A stretch of DNA of 64,000 nt. It comes from Syntrophorhabdaceae bacterium. GTDB lineage: Bacteria > Desulfobacterota > Syntrophorhabdia > Syntrophorhabdales > Syntrophorhabdaceae. Of the stretch, positions 48,081 through 58,485 are shown in pieces. The stretch is from the NCBI GenBank assembly GCA_963665295.1, contig OY762209.1:3744001-3808000 (forward strand), given 5' to 3'. Below the pieces are notes generated by a model, which worked only from the letters and a program-made list of their open reading frames with translations, was not told the origin of the DNA and did not search any database. The position numbers were made by a program, and so were the translations under genes. Position 1 is the stretch's first letter; each line of letters begins with the position of its first letter.

Positions 48081-48479
48081 ATGATGACTGATGATTTCGT
48101 GCCCGTGACCAGGGCAGTCATCCGGAAGGACGGCCTGGTCCTTATAGCGAGGAGGAAGAGGGCCTATATGGGTTACCTTTGGGAGTTCCCCGGTGGGGAG
48201 GTCTCGGAGAACGAGACCTTGCAGGAGGGCCTCGTAAGGCTGCTCAGGGAAGACTTCGGGATAGACGGGGAAGTGACCGCCTATCTCTGTTCAAGCGGGC
48301 ATGTGGTAAACTGTCAGTTGTCCATGAAGTCTTATGTATATGAAGTCGCCTGTGTACCGGGTGATTTTGTACTGAAGGACCATCAAGAGGTCAGGTGGGT
48401 GGCCGCCGAGGACCTCGTGAAGTATGACTTCGCCGAACCGGACCATTACGTATCCCTGGTCCTTATGGGTAAGAGATAA
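48081..48479 (+). CDS. NUDIX hydrolase, MutT-like, degenerate Nudix box
   Basis: VLIARR...WEFPGGEVSENETLQEGLVRLLREDFGI; RBS GGAGG before 48081. Confidence 0.8.
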   Translation: MMTDDFVPVTRAVIRKDGLVLIARRKRAYMGYLWEFPGGEVSENETLQEGLVRLLREDFGIDGEVTAYLCSSGHVVNCQLSMKSYVYEVACVPGDFVLKDHQEVRWVAAEDLVKYDFAEPDHYVSLVLMGKR

Positions 48480-48491
48480 TCACAGGCCCTT

Positions 48492-49127
48492 TCAGAACGT
48501 ATCCCCGGCGTAGAACGTGAAATTGAGGAGCTGCAATACCGCATGGTCGTCGCTATAGAGGTCTACGATGCTCACGCCCCCGTAATCCTGCCCGAGGCTG
48601 AAAAGACGGGACATTTGCAAACCGAGCAAGGAGCAGAGGATGATCCGCAGCGTGCCCCCATGGGATACTACGCCGATGTTCGACCCCCTGTGTCTGGTTA
48701 TTATCTCCCGCAGACCTCTGGTTGCGCGCTTTTCCGCCTGTGTGAGGGTTTCGCCGAGAGGAGGGGCGTGAACTTCCGGGTTCGCAAGCCATAGTTGAAA
48801 TTCCTCAGGGTATTCCGCATGGATCTCTCTGAACGTCATCCCTTCCCAGGAGCCGAAGCGAAGTTCGTTAAGATCGACGGACGTCCTTATCTCGAGGTTG
48901 TGGGGTCTCGCGATGATGGACCCCGTTTCCATACACCGGGAAAGGGCCGACGTATATATGTGGTCAAAGTGGAACCGGGAGAGAAAAATCCCTGCCTTCT
49001 CGATCCGTGCCCTGCCTTTTTCGGACAGGGGCATGTCCAGACTTCCCTTGAATACCCTCTCTGTTTCCTCGTCCAATGTGTCGCCATGGCGTATAAGGAA
49101 CAGCCGGGTTGATGCGTTTTTCATCAC
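48492..49127 (-). CDS. cobC: Alpha-ribazole phosphatase (histidine phosphatase family)
   Basis: LIRHG, SALSRCMET, ELRFGSWEG, VSHGG; cob operon context. Confidence 0.85.
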   Translation of the reverse strand: MMKNASTRLFLIRHGDTLDEETERVFKGSLDMPLSEKGRARIEKAGIFLSRFHFDHIYTSALSRCMETGSIIARPHNLEIRTSVDLNELRFGSWEGMTFREIHAEYPEEFQLWLANPEVHAPPLGETLTQAEKRATRGLREIITRHRGSNIGVVSHGGTLRIILCSLLGLQMSRLFSLGQDYGGVSIVDLYSDDHAVLQLLNFTFYAGDTF

Positions 49128-49163
49128 TGACAGACCTCCTGATTTACGTTTAGCCGGCCGGGT

Positions 49164-49961
49164 TCACAGCCAAAGAAAGGCAACGGCCAGGAATAGCATT
49201 TCCGCAATCTCGCTCACCGCGCCAATGGTATCTCCGGTCATGCCTCCGAACCTCCTCCGGCAGAAGACGACCCACGTGAGACCGAATGCGTAGAGAGGAA
49301 CGGCGAGAAGGGGAAAGAGTTTTATTGCCTCCAGCGCCGTGGACCCGGGCAAAAAAGACCACGTGGCGAAAAAGATGAGGATGAGTATGGCCGAGGAAAG
49401 GGCGAACACGCGGAGGCCCGCGTTGGCGATGAATATAGCCCCGAGCCCCTCGTTTCTGGCGGCAGTGCCGTGGAAGACCACCGGCACCATGATCCATTTC
49501 GAAAACACCGGCGCCAGGAAGAGGAGACAGAGGGCGTCCCACGTAAGGCCCTTGAGGAGGATGCCGCTGATAAGGAGATACTTGAGGAGAATTGCCATCA
49601 CAATGGCGACGACACCTATGGCGCCCACCGCGCTGTCCTTCATTACAGCGAGCCTTTTCTCCCGGTCGCGTGCCGCCTCTCCCACGGATTTCACCGAGAC
49701 CGCGTCCGCCGTGTCGGCAAGACCGTCAATGTGAAATCCGCCGTTCGTCATGAGAAGGATCAGGATTACCAACCCGGCCGCAATGTTCGGAGAGAAGGCC
49801 ATACTGAGAAAGAAGGCCGCTGCCGCGGCAGGAGCCCCTTGCAGAACGCCCACGAGAGGAAAGAAGATCGCAGACCGGCCTATGTCGCGTTCTGTGAGAT
49901 GACCCCTTACCCTGACGGGAATGCGGGTAAGGAACTGCGTGGCGATGAGAAACCCTTTCAC
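49164..49961 (-). CDS. cobS: Adenosylcobinamide-GDP ribazoletransferase
   Basis: QFLTRIP, GGFHIDGLADTAD, MKDSAVGAIG, GGMTGDTIGA. Confidence 0.93.
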   Translation of the reverse strand: MKGFLIATQFLTRIPVRVRGHLTERDIGRSAIFFPLVGVLQGAPAAAAAFFLSMAFSPNIAAGLVILILLMTNGGFHIDGLADTADAVSVKSVGEAARDREKRLAVMKDSAVGAIGVVAIVMAILLKYLLISGILLKGLTWDALCLLFLAPVFSKWIMVPVVFHGTAARNEGLGAIFIANAGLRVFALSSAILILIFFATWSFLPGSTALEAIKLFPLLAVPLYAFGLTWVVFCRRRFGGMTGDTIGAVSEIAEMLFLAVAFLWL

Positions 49962-49966
49962 GGTCC

Positions 49967-51022
49967 TTATTCTTCCTTTTTTTCCGATACCCCGGCTTCG
50001 TCGAAAGTAGCCATCTCCCGGTATATCTTGAGACCCGCCTCAATAAGAACCATGGCGAGAGCGCCGCCTGTGCCTTCGCCCAGGCGAAGGTTAAGATCGA
50101 CGATCGGTTCCAGCCCCATCTTATCCAGCATAGACTTGTGACCGATCTCCACCGAATTGTGACCTGCAAACATGTAATCGGCGACAACGGGTTCCAGACT
50201 GTACGCAATGAGCGCCCCGGCGGTGGAGATCAGTCCGTCGATCACCACGGGGATGTGTCGCTCGGCTGCGCCGATGATCAGTCCCGCAATGCCCGCTATC
50301 TCGGCTCCGCCTACTTTCGATAACACGTCCAGGGCATCATGGGGATCAGGCATATTGTACCGTATTCCCTCCTCAATGACACGCACTTTTGTCCGGAAGC
50401 TACTGTCGGAAATGCCTGTCCCCCTGCCGGTCACCTGCTTCACGGATTTCCCGGTGAGGACCGCAGCAACGGCGCTGGAGGGAGTTGTGTTCCCGATGCC
50501 CATGTCCCCGGTGCCGAAGAGATTATACCCCTTGTCTGCGTATTCATGGGCAAGACCTATACCCACCTCAAGGCACGCGATTGCCTCATCCCGGGTCATG
50601 GCAGGGCCTTTCACGAAGTTTCTGGTGCCCCATACGACCTTCCTATGGATCAGTGCATCCGTACCAGCGAAATCGAAATCAACACCTATGTCGATTACCA
50701 CGACGTCTGCACCCGCATGCCGGCCGAGGACATTTATGGCGGCGCCTCCGGCAAGAAAGTTAAAGACCATCTGGCTGGTTACGTCCTTGGGGAAAGCCGA
50801 CACGTTTTCATCGGTTACGCCATGGTCCCCTGCGAACACGAAGATGATCTTCTTGTCAATCCGGGGGTCCGCGGTCCTTTGCATGGCGGCAAGTCTCCGG
50901 GTGAACTCCTCCAGTCTTCCGAGACTTTCGGGCGGCTTGGTCAGACTGTCGAGGCGCATCCTGGCGCGATCGATGAATGTCTTGTCAGCCGGTTCAATTT
51001 CGATGTTCCTCCAAGATTTCAC
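49967..51022 (-). CDS. cobT: Nicotinate-nucleotide dimethylbenzimidazole phosphoribosyltransferase
   Basis: [36 protein letters not shown]. Confidence 0.95.
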   Translation of the reverse strand: MKSWRNIEIEPADKTFIDRARMRLDSLTKPPESLGRLEEFTRRLAAMQRTADPRIDKKIIFVFAGDHGVTDENVSAFPKDVTSQMVFNFLAGGAAINVLGRHAGADVVVIDIGVDFDFAGTDALIHRKVVWGTRNFVKGPAMTRDEAIACLEVGIGLAHEYADKGYNLFGTGDMGIGNTTPSSAVAAVLTGKSVKQVTGRGTGISDSSFRTKVRVIEEGIRYNMPDPHDALDVLSKVGGAEIAGIAGLIIGAAERHIPVVIDGLISTAGALIAYSLEPVVADYMFAGHNSVEIGHKSMLDKMGLEPIVDLNLRLGEGTGGALAMVLIEAGLKIYREMATFDEAGVSEKKEE

Positions 51023-51058
51023 TCTAATTCCTCCTCGCGTATTTATAATTCAGTCGTT

Positions 51059-51607
51059 TCATTTGCGGGTTCTTCCCTCTTCGCAGGTCTCTCCTTTGAT
51101 CTCCAGAGAGATGCCTGCCACCATAAGGACAACCCTCGATGCGATATGGGCAATCATTTTGTTCAGCAGACCGAGTTGTTCACGATACTCTCTGCTGAGG
51201 CGGTATTCGGGTACGATGCCCATCCCCACTTCGTTGGATACGATATAGATATGGGAGGTATGACACGCAAGAAGGGCGGACGCAAGGGCGTTGAACTCGG
51301 CCTCCGGGTTCAGCCCCGCATGGAAGAGATTCGATACCCAGAGGGTTAGACAATCGATGATCATGACCTCATGGTCGCGCTCCACCGCGGGAAGTATATC
51401 CGCTATGTGCAAGGGTTCCTCGAAGGTCTCCCAGGAATGATTCTGTCGTTCCTGCTTATGACGTGCGATTCGGGCCTTCATCTCCGCGTCGAGGCCTTCC
51501 GCCGTGGCGATGAAGGCCTTTTTCCCCTGCAGGAGGTTCGCCTCATTGAGGGAGTATGCGCTTTTTCCGCTTTTCACACCGCCAAGTACAAACGTAATGT
51601 GACTCAT
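51059..51607 (-). CDS. cobU: Bifunctional adenosylcobinamide kinase / guanylyltransferase
   Basis: LGGVKSGKS, FIATA, RIARH, DCLTLW, VSNEVGMGIVP. Confidence 0.93.
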   Translation of the reverse strand: MSHITFVLGGVKSGKSAYSLNEANLLQGKKAFIATAEGLDAEMKARIARHKQERQNHSWETFEEPLHIADILPAVERDHEVMIIDCLTLWVSNLFHAGLNPEAEFNALASALLACHTSHIYIVSNEVGMGIVPEYRLSREYREQLGLLNKMIAHIASRVVLMVAGISLEIKGETCEEGRTRK

Positions 51608-51609
51608 GG

Positions 51610-51837
51610 TTATCCTCCAAGGACGTATTGAACGCCAGGCAAAGGCTTCCTCAACCGATTCCGGGGATCGTTGTTTATAAAACGGTCTTTTCCCTGCTGA
51701 GTCCGATGAGGTCGAAAATTGTGTTCCCGGTCCCGTGAGGTTGTCTGAGACGAGGGGCAGGGGGCCTTGCGCGAACAGTTGCCGATTGTCGCGATGATAC
51801 TGGAAATGAGTGCCGGGGAGAGAACCGCCTGATCCAT
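51610..51837 (-). CDS. Small hypothetical ORF or gene remnant at the head of the cob operon
   Basis: Strong RBS AAGGAGGT; abuts cobU; no recognisable motif. Confidence 0.3.
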   Translation of the reverse strand: MDQAVLSPALISSIIATIGNCSRKAPCPSSQTTSRDREHNFRPHRTQQGKDRFINNDPRNRLRKPLPGVQYVLGG

Positions 51838-51884
51838 GAAAAAGACCTCCTTATGCCTCGTAAGGGCCCTGTCTTCAAGATATC

Positions 51885-52048
51885 AGCCCAAGGTTTCCTG
51901 ACTCAGGGACCAACCGCGCGCCTTCCCACCCGTTCTCACGGACAGTGGCCTGGACTTTCCCGTGCGCGGCCTTCTCACCCATTACAGTTGCGGGACAGCG
52001 GCAGATTTGCACTGCGCTTCCCTTGAAAGCCGATTAGTACCTAACTGT
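51885..52048 (-). ncRNA. Cobalamin (AdoCbl) riboswitch
   Basis: Minus strand reads AGGT...AAGGGAAGCGCAGTGCAAATCTGCCGCTGTCCCGCAACTGTAA...GCCACTG...GGGAAGGC...GAGTCAGGAAACCT (B12 box), upstream of the cob genes. Confidence 0.92.
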
Positions 52049-52184
52049 GTACCATGGGAGCGGCGAAAATGCAAGAGATGTAACGGGTGCACAAATTCAT
52101 TGACAATCGGCGTGTCCCATACTACAAAGAAGAACGGGTGCGAACGGATTTTCAAAGAAGGTCATCGAATAAAGGGAGGCATTT

Positions 52185-52847
52185 ATGCGTATGATGATGG
52201 CGGTTCTTCCAAGGATGGTAATGATCGCCCTCGTGGGTTTGTGGGTTTCCGGACCGTCATACGGGGAGCAGGCGAAGGACCTCTCCGCCCTGGACGCAAA
52301 GGTGAGCAGGTTCCTGACTGAAGCCCGGGGCACATGGGTGGACCTCAATGTACCCTATGAAGACGGAAAGATCCTCCATGACCTGGTCCTCAAAAGGAGA
52401 TTCAAAGAGATCCTGGAAATAGGCACGTCAACAGGGCACTCGACTATCTGGCTCGCCTGGGCAGCCGCGAAGACGGGTGGAAGAGTAACGACCATTTAAA
52501 TCGACAGGGAGCGCTACGAAGCCGCCCTCGACAATTTCAGGAAAGCGGGTGTCTCCGACTATATCGATGCACGTTTGGCCGATGCACACAAGCTTGTGCC
52601 TGCCCTCAAGGGTCCTTTCGACTTCGTATTCTGTGACGCCGATAAGGACTGGTATCTCAATTATTTTATGGACCTGGAACCGAAAATGGCCCCCCACGGC
52701 TGCTATGCCGCCCACAACGTGCTTAGGGACGGCGGTTCGGGGGTCAAAGGGTTCATGGAGTATGCGAGGAGGGACCCGGAGTTCCGAACGTCGATCGAAA
52801 AGGGGAGTGGGGAAGGGATTTCCATAAGCTGCAAGGGGGAGAGATAG
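52185..52847 (+). pseudogene. Class I SAM-dependent O-methyltransferase interrupted by an in-frame TAA
   Basis: ILEIGTSTGHS...GRVTTI*IDRERY...FDFVFCDADK in one frame; TAA at 52497-52499 where Glu (GAA) is expected. Confidence 0.85.
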
Positions 52848-53022
52848 CGTCCGGCGACATGCCGGTAGGTTTCGGCCGGTCTCCTCTGCGGTCTGCGGCC
52901 GGTCCCGTCCTGTTTGTCCCTGTTCTTGTTCCCGTTACAGGGCATAGAAAACAGGAACTCTCTCCATACTGTCGGGTTCCATAAAACAGGGAACCGGGTT
53001 GATATCGGCAATCCCCGCGCCG

Positions 53023-54108
53023 CTACTTGTTTTCCTTGTAGTAGTCGGGGTAAAGCTTTTTCGCGCACTCGGGGCATATTCCGTGGCTGAAGTCCACGTC
53101 GGCATGGGCGCTGATGTAGGTCTCGATATTCTCCCAGTAACCTTTGTCACTTCGAATCTTTTTGCAGGAGGCGCAAATAGGGAGCAAGCCGCTCAGGGCT
53201 TTGACTTTGGAGAGGGCGTTTCTGAGTTGCTCAATAAGCGTTTCCCGTTCCTTTTCAGCTCGCTTATGGTCCGTGATATCGTGTATGGTGGACCGGCTCA
53301 TAATATAATTGCCCTCGTTATCCCTCACCGTGGTGGCGGAGAGGAGCACGGTCATGATGCTGCCGTCCTTCCGCGCCAGTTCGAGTTCTACCTCCTGGAC
53401 CCAACCCTGTTCCTTGAACCGGGTGAATTCCCTGCGGTAGGTCTCCATGCTTCCCGGTGCAAGGAAATCCGAGAACTTCCGCTTTCTTATCACCTGTTCC
53501 CGTGTACACCCCAGCCAGGTGAGTTCCGTATCATTGATCCTGACATATGTGCCGTCGGTGTCGACAGAATGGTAGCCGCAGGGGGCTTTATTATAAAGGT
53601 CCTGAATCTCGTCGGCAAATTCACGGAGGGCTATTTCAGCTCGTTTATGCTCCGTAATATCCCGCGCGATGGTCGATGCGCCGACAACGGCGCCGGACGC
53701 GTCGCTCAGGGGAGATATAGTGAGGGACACGAAGATGCGCCGGCCGTCCTTCCTCACCCGTTCTGTTTCGAAATGGCGTACATGCTCTCCTGTTTTCATC
53801 CTTTCAAGGATGGTCGCCATTTCGCTCCTTCGCTCCGGTGGCGCAAGGATGGACACGTTGACCCCCTTTACTTCCGTCGCGGTGTAGCCGTATATCCTCT
53901 CGGCGGCCCGGTTCCAGCTTACGATAGTGCCGTCCGCATCCTTACCGATAATTGCGTCGTCTGAAGATTCGACGATTGCCGCCAGTTGGGAAGCCTGTGT
54001 ATCTTCCTGTGTCGAGCGGAGGGTCTGGCTCTCCAGGCGGGCAACCTTTTTCTGCAATGCGGTCAATTCTTCAAGGATCTGTTCCCTGTTTTTCGTTTCA
54101 TTACTCAT
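53023..54108 (-). CDS. Two-PAS-domain sensory protein with C-terminal Cys-rich zinc-ribbon-like domain
   Basis: AIVESSDDAII...SWNRAAERIYGY, RKDG twice, LPICASCKKIR...FSHGICPEC. Confidence 0.85.
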   Translation of the reverse strand: MSNETKNREQILEELTALQKKVARLESQTLRSTQEDTQASQLAAIVESSDDAIIGKDADGTIVSWNRAAERIYGYTATEVKGVNVSILAPPERRSEMATILERMKTGEHVRHFETERVRKDGRRIFVSLTISPLSDASGAVVGASTIARDITEHKRAEIALREFADEIQDLYNKAPCGYHSVDTDGTYVRINDTELTWLGCTREQVIRKRKFSDFLAPGSMETYRREFTRFKEQGWVQEVELELARKDGSIMTVLLSATTVRDNEGNYIMSRSTIHDITDHKRAEKERETLIEQLRNALSKVKALSGLLPICASCKKIRSDKGYWENIETYISAHADVDFSHGICPECAKKLYPDYYKENK

Positions 54109-54324
54109 AGTGTATACATTGCATCATACGCAACTACATAATTATACACCATCCAGCGAAAAAATGTGGGTTTCCCGGGCCCTAAGAGGATCGTGTCACG
54201 TCATATATCCGGAAGACGTCGGCTGCGACGTTTACAGATAAACCAGGGTGCAGCAAGGATGGGGGCGCTGTGGTGGAAGCAAAAACCATTGACTCTCAGC
54301 CAAAAAGATGCGCAAATATTCGTC

Positions 54325-55101
54325 ATGGATAACACGCAGGCCGTAATTTTCGGCATCATTGAAGGCATCACCGAGTTTCTGCCCATATCATCGACAGGTC
54401 ATCTTATGCTCACCGCCCATGCCATGGGACTTGACCAGACGTCTTTTCTTAAGTGCTTCGAGATCGTGATACAGTTTGGCGCCATATTATCTGTGGTCGC
54501 CCTCTATTGGAGATCGCTGCTGGTTAACCGGGAGATACTGAAGCGGGTCATCGTGGCTTTCATACCGACAGGGGTCCTTGGGCTCACGGTGTACAAGCTT
54601 ATCAAGAAATATCTTCTTTCGAGCAGTACCGTGGTCCTTTGGTCCTTATTGATCGGAGGTATATTTCTGATTGTTTTTGAACTGCTGCACAAGGAAAAGG
54701 AGGACGCCGTCGAGGACCTTTCAAAGATCCCCTATCGGACTTCTATCCTGATCGGACTTTTTCAATCGATTGCAATGATCCCCGGAGTATCGAGATCGGC
54801 TTCCACCATTGTGGGCGGCCTGGTGTTGGGACTCAAGAGGAAGACCATCGTGGAGTTTTCTTTTCTCCTCGCCGTTCCCACCATGTTGGCGGCCACCGGT
54901 CTTGATCTCCTGAAGAATGCGGGCCAGTTCGATATGGGACAGATTCATTTTCTCGCCATCGGGTTCGTTGTGTCCTTTTTCGCGGCCCTCGCGGGGGTGA
55001 AGTACCTGCTGCGATTCATAAAGAATCATACTTTTATTCCTTTCGGGGTATACAGGATTGTCCTTGTCGCCGTATTCTGGTATGTAATGTATATGATGTG
55101 A
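54325..55101 (+). CDS. uppP: Undecaprenyl-diphosphate phosphatase
   Basis: GIIEGITEFLPISSTGH, IQFGAIL, PGVSRSASTI, EFSFLLAVP. Confidence 0.95.
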   Translation: MDNTQAVIFGIIEGITEFLPISSTGHLMLTAHAMGLDQTSFLKCFEIVIQFGAILSVVALYWRSLLVNREILKRVIVAFIPTGVLGLTVYKLIKKYLLSSSTVVLWSLLIGGIFLIVFELLHKEKEDAVEDLSKIPYRTSILIGLFQSIAMIPGVSRSASTIVGGLVLGLKRKTIVEFSFLLAVPTMLAATGLDLLKNAGQFDMGQIHFLAIGFVVSFFAALAGVKYLLRFIKNHTFIPFGVYRIVLVAVFWYVMYMM

Positions 55102-55175
55102 GGCCGCAAAGGAGTATAAGATGCCGGCCGGAATGCCGTACGGCCATTTTATGAACAACCGTGGTGTCTGCCATG

Positions 55176-55598
55176 CATGAAAAATATATCCTGAATATGT
55201 TCAATAAATGCAGTGTCGGAAGGCTTCTCGGCATTGAGGTGACGGACCTGAAGGAAGGTACGGCCAAAGGGCGTCTCAAGGTCAGAGAGGAACACCTGAA
55301 CATCTTCGGGGATATTCACGGCGGCATTGTGTACACCTTTGCCGACCAGATAGGGGGCGCGTGCGGAAATACGTTGGGGAAAAAGGCAGTTCTCCTGGAA
55401 TCGTCCATTCAGTACCTGAAAGGAGTGAACGGGGAGAAGACGATATTTGCCGACGCGGCGCTGACTCACATCGGGAAAACCATAGGAAGGATCGACGTCA
55501 AGGTATATGAGGATGATGGTGCGGTAATAGCGATTGCCCATCAGATCATCTTCGTTAAGGAAGATGATCATGCAGCAAAGACTCCGGAAGATTTTTGA
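55176..55598 (+). CDS. PaaI-family thioesterase (hot-dog fold); start approximate
   Basis: HLNIFGDIHGGIVYTFAD motif. Confidence 0.85.
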   Translation, partial: HEKYILNMFNKCSVGRLLGIEVTDLKEGTAKGRLKVREEHLNIFGDIHGGIVYTFADQIGGACGNTLGKKAVLLESSIQYLKGVNGEKTIFADAALTHIGKTIGRIDVKVYEDDGAVIAIAHQIIFVKEDDHAAKTPEDF

Positions 55599-56217
55599 TG
55601 CCCTCCTCGCTGCTTTCGGGAAGAGGAACTGGTGGCCCGGAGAGACTCCTTTCGAGGTCATGGTAGGGGCGGTACTGACCCAGAACACGTCCTGGAAAAA
55701 TGTCGAAAAAGCCATTGCCGACATGAAGAACCATGGACTCATGGACATAGGGCGGGTCCATGAGGTGGAAGAATCAGAACTCGCGGATGTCATAAGGTCT
55801 GCAGGATTTTTCAATATAAAAGCCAAGAGGTTAAAGAACTTAATTAATGTAGTATATGACCAGTTTGGCGGAAGTATCGATAATTGTGCATACGTAGAAA
55901 CAGAAGCCCTGAGATCTCTTTTGCTGGGTATTAACGGGTTGGGGCCCGAGACGGTGGACGGTATTCTCCTCTATGCCCTTCAGCGGCCGGTTTTTGTGGT
56001 GGATGCTTACACAAAGAGGTTTCTCACAAATCACGGACTGTACAAAGATGTCCATGACTACCATGACAGACAGCGTTTTTTTCAAGAGAACCTCCCGAAA
56101 GACACATATCTTTATAATGAATTCCACGCTCTCATCGTTGTGTTGTGCCAGACCTACTGCAAAAAAGTCCCGGCCTGCGGCGCCTGTCCTCTTGAGGGCG
56201 ACAGAGGTAAGGATTGA
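55564..56217 (+). CDS. Endonuclease III-related HhH-GPD DNA glycosylase
   Basis: WWPGETPFEVMVGAVLTQNTSW, GLGPETVD, VVDAY, C-x6-C-x2-C-x5-like cluster (YCKKVPACGACPL). Confidence 0.88.
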   Translation: MIMQQRLRKIFDALLAAFGKRNWWPGETPFEVMVGAVLTQNTSWKNVEKAIADMKNHGLMDIGRVHEVEESELADVIRSAGFFNIKAKRLKNLINVVYDQFGGSIDNCAYVETEALRSLLLGINGLGPETVDGILLYALQRPVFVVDAYTKRFLTNHGLYKDVHDYHDRQRFFQENLPKDTYLYNEFHALIVVLCQTYCKKVPACGACPLEGDRGKD

Positions 56218-56375
56218 GGAATGAACGCGGTGTATTTCAATAGACCTGCAAAAATCGGAGAACAGGGAGTCCTTGTCTTGCCGATGTTGGGGGTATAAGA
56301 ACGGCAGAGCAATGAATGAGATGGTTGTTTTACGCGCTTATTTGGAAAATCGTGGGGAAGGCGGTACGCCGGAAA

Positions 56376-57413
56376 TCAGCCGATGACGCGGACCTTTCGG
56401 CTATCGGATGCTTTCTCGATCCGGCCGATGGTCAAAGCGGTTTCTCCCGATGCCGAAAGCAGATCAAGGACCGCTTTCTCATGCTCTTTGTCAATAATGC
56501 AGATATAACCGATACCCATGTTGAAGGTTGAGCACATCTCCTCGAAGGGTACGTCACCCAGTCTCATAATGTGGGTAAAGATGACGGGCACCCTGTCCCG
56601 GGGGAGTTCTATACGGGCCGTCAGTCCGTCAGGGATTATCCTTTCGATGTTTCCCGGCAGGCCGCCTCCCGTAATATGGGCCATCCCGTATATGGGGAAC
56701 CTCTCAAGGACCGCCATCACGGGTTTAACGTAAATCCTCGTGGGTTTCAGGAGTTCTTCATAAAGTTTGCCTTCAAGGCCTTCGAGAGAGTCGGTAACCT
56801 TCAGGCCTGCGACCTCAAACAAGACTTTCCGTACCATGGAGTAGCCGTTACTGTGGAGACCGCTCGATGCAATGCCTATGACCGCATTGCCTTCTTTTAT
56901 CTTTGAACCGTTTACAATACGGTCTTTTTCGACAAAGCCCATGACAAAACCGGCAAGGTCGTACTCTCCGTCTTTGTAAAAAGAGGGCATTTCCGCGGTC
57001 TCGCCTCCTATGAGGGCGCAGCCCGCCATCTCGCAGCCGTCGCAGATCCCGGCAATCACATCCTGATACACGGCGTCCTCGATCCGGCCGGAAGCAAAAT
57101 AATCGAGAAAGAAATAGGGCTTTGCGCCCATGGTAAGGACATCGTTTGCGCTCATGGCTACAAGATCGATGCCTACGGTATCATGTTTTGCGGCGTCGAA
57201 GGCAATCTTGAGCTTCGTCCCTACTCCATCGGTCGAGCTTACCAGGACGGGTTTCGTGTATCCTTCGGGAACCTCGGTGAGGGCCGCAAAACCTCCAATG
57301 GAATTCATCACCCAAGGGTTGAATGTGCCCTGGATCCTGCTCCTTATCCGACCAAGCAGCCTGTCGGCCTTTTCTATATCGACCCCGGAATCTTTGTATG
57401 TGATACCTGCCAT
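56376..57413 (-). CDS. purM: Phosphoribosylformylglycinamidine cyclo-ligase
   Basis: TYKDSGVDI, STDGVGTKL, GGETAEMP, SSGLHSNGYS, HITGGG, TFNMGIG. Confidence 0.97.
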   Translation of the reverse strand: MAGITYKDSGVDIEKADRLLGRIRSRIQGTFNPWVMNSIGGFAALTEVPEGYTKPVLVSSTDGVGTKLKIAFDAAKHDTVGIDLVAMSANDVLTMGAKPYFFLDYFASGRIEDAVYQDVIAGICDGCEMAGCALIGGETAEMPSFYKDGEYDLAGFVMGFVEKDRIVNGSKIKEGNAVIGIASSGLHSNGYSMVRKVLFEVAGLKVTDSLEGLEGKLYEELLKPTRIYVKPVMAVLERFPIYGMAHITGGGLPGNIERIIPDGLTARIELPRDRVPVIFTHIMRLGDVPFEEMCSTFNMGIGYICIIDKEHEKAVLDLLSASGETALTIGRIEKASDSRKVRVIG

Positions 57414-57532
57414 GGGTTCTAATGTAAAATGGATGCTGCTCAGATGTCAATCATTTATTCGAGAAAACCGGAAGCGGGGGCCGGCAAAGGGCCCGTCCGT
57501 TCCGGGCAGAAGAGGGGCTTCGCGCCCCTCCG

Positions 57533-57817
57533 TTATCCCATCTTGCCTACGAAATCCTGAACCGGAATGGCGGGAAGGGTTATAATCTCAACCGTTCCTC
57601 TGGAGCCGAATTCGATTGATACTTTTGCGATCGCTTCGTTGTTCGGAGCCTCCAGGATATTGAGGAAGTCATAGGGACCCAGCAATGCATACTGGGCGAG
57701 CACCTTCGCTCCCATCTTCTCCATCTCCACATCCACTTCTTCTATGCGTTCCGGATGTTTCTTGATGGTCTTCCTGCCTTCGTGAGTCAATTTGCTTAGC
57801 ATTATGTATATCGGCAT
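57533..57817 (-). CDS. GYD-domain protein
   Basis: YALLGPYDFLNILEAP motif; RBS GGGGGTG. Confidence 0.8.
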   Translation of the reverse strand: MPIYIMLSKLTHEGRKTIKKHPERIEEVDVEMEKMGAKVLAQYALLGPYDFLNILEAPNNEAIAKVSIEFGSRGTVEIITLPAIPVQDFVGKMG

Positions 57818-58191
57818 TCAATCACCCCCTTGTCTTACTCTTGTAGTGTAATTTTAGTATAGTTATAGCCGTTGTCAATGATTATTTGCAGACGGAAGAG
57901 GGAGGCCGGAAAATTAGTCGAATGAGATTAACCACATATTGAAAAAAAATATTTTCGGCCACCATAGGGCACGGAAAGATGCGGTTTCGCTTGTGGAGGA
58001 ATTCACATTCACAAATCAGTTTAGTCTTTATTTTTTTGGAGGAATTTGTATATAATAAAGAGCATGTCCTTTGATCCAGATACCATGAAGAGCGGGCAAG
58101 TTCAATATTTCACATGGTGCGGATTTTATGGCATATAGTGAAATAAGTATATATACTCTAGGCTACGAAAACTCATTCAGGGGGATGTTGA

Positions 58192-58485
58192 ATGGCGAAA
58201 CCGATGGATCAATACAAGTGGCATGAGCTTAACGTGGGTTGTGTCATAGAAGAAGTAGGAAACGCTTCCGAGTACAAGACGGGAGACTGGCGCTCCCAGA
58301 AGCCGGTGTGGAATGATGAGAAATGTATAAAGTGCGGCATTTGCTGGCTCTATTGCCCTGACGCTGCCATATACAAGACAGAGGAGGGCCTTTACAGGGC
58401 TAATCTCGACTATTGTAAAGGATGCGGTATCTGTTCGAAGGAGTGCAGACCGGCTGCAATCACGATGGTGGAGGATGAGGCATGA
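58192..58485 (+). CDS. porD: Pyruvate/2-oxoacid:ferredoxin oxidoreductase delta subunit
   Basis: KTGDWRSQKP, CIKCGICWLYCP, YCKGCGICSKEC. Confidence 0.92.
   Translation: MAKPMDQYKWHELNVGCVIEEVGNASEYKTGDWRSQKPVWNDEKCIKCGICWLYCPDAAIYKTEEGLYRANLDYCKGCGICSKECRPAAITMVEDEA

Noticed and set aside
52497..52499. Stop-codon recoding (Sec/Pyl or alternative genetic code)
   Set aside because: The codon is TAA, which is not the Sec or Pyl codon, and neighbouring genes terminate normally at TAA, TAG and TGA.
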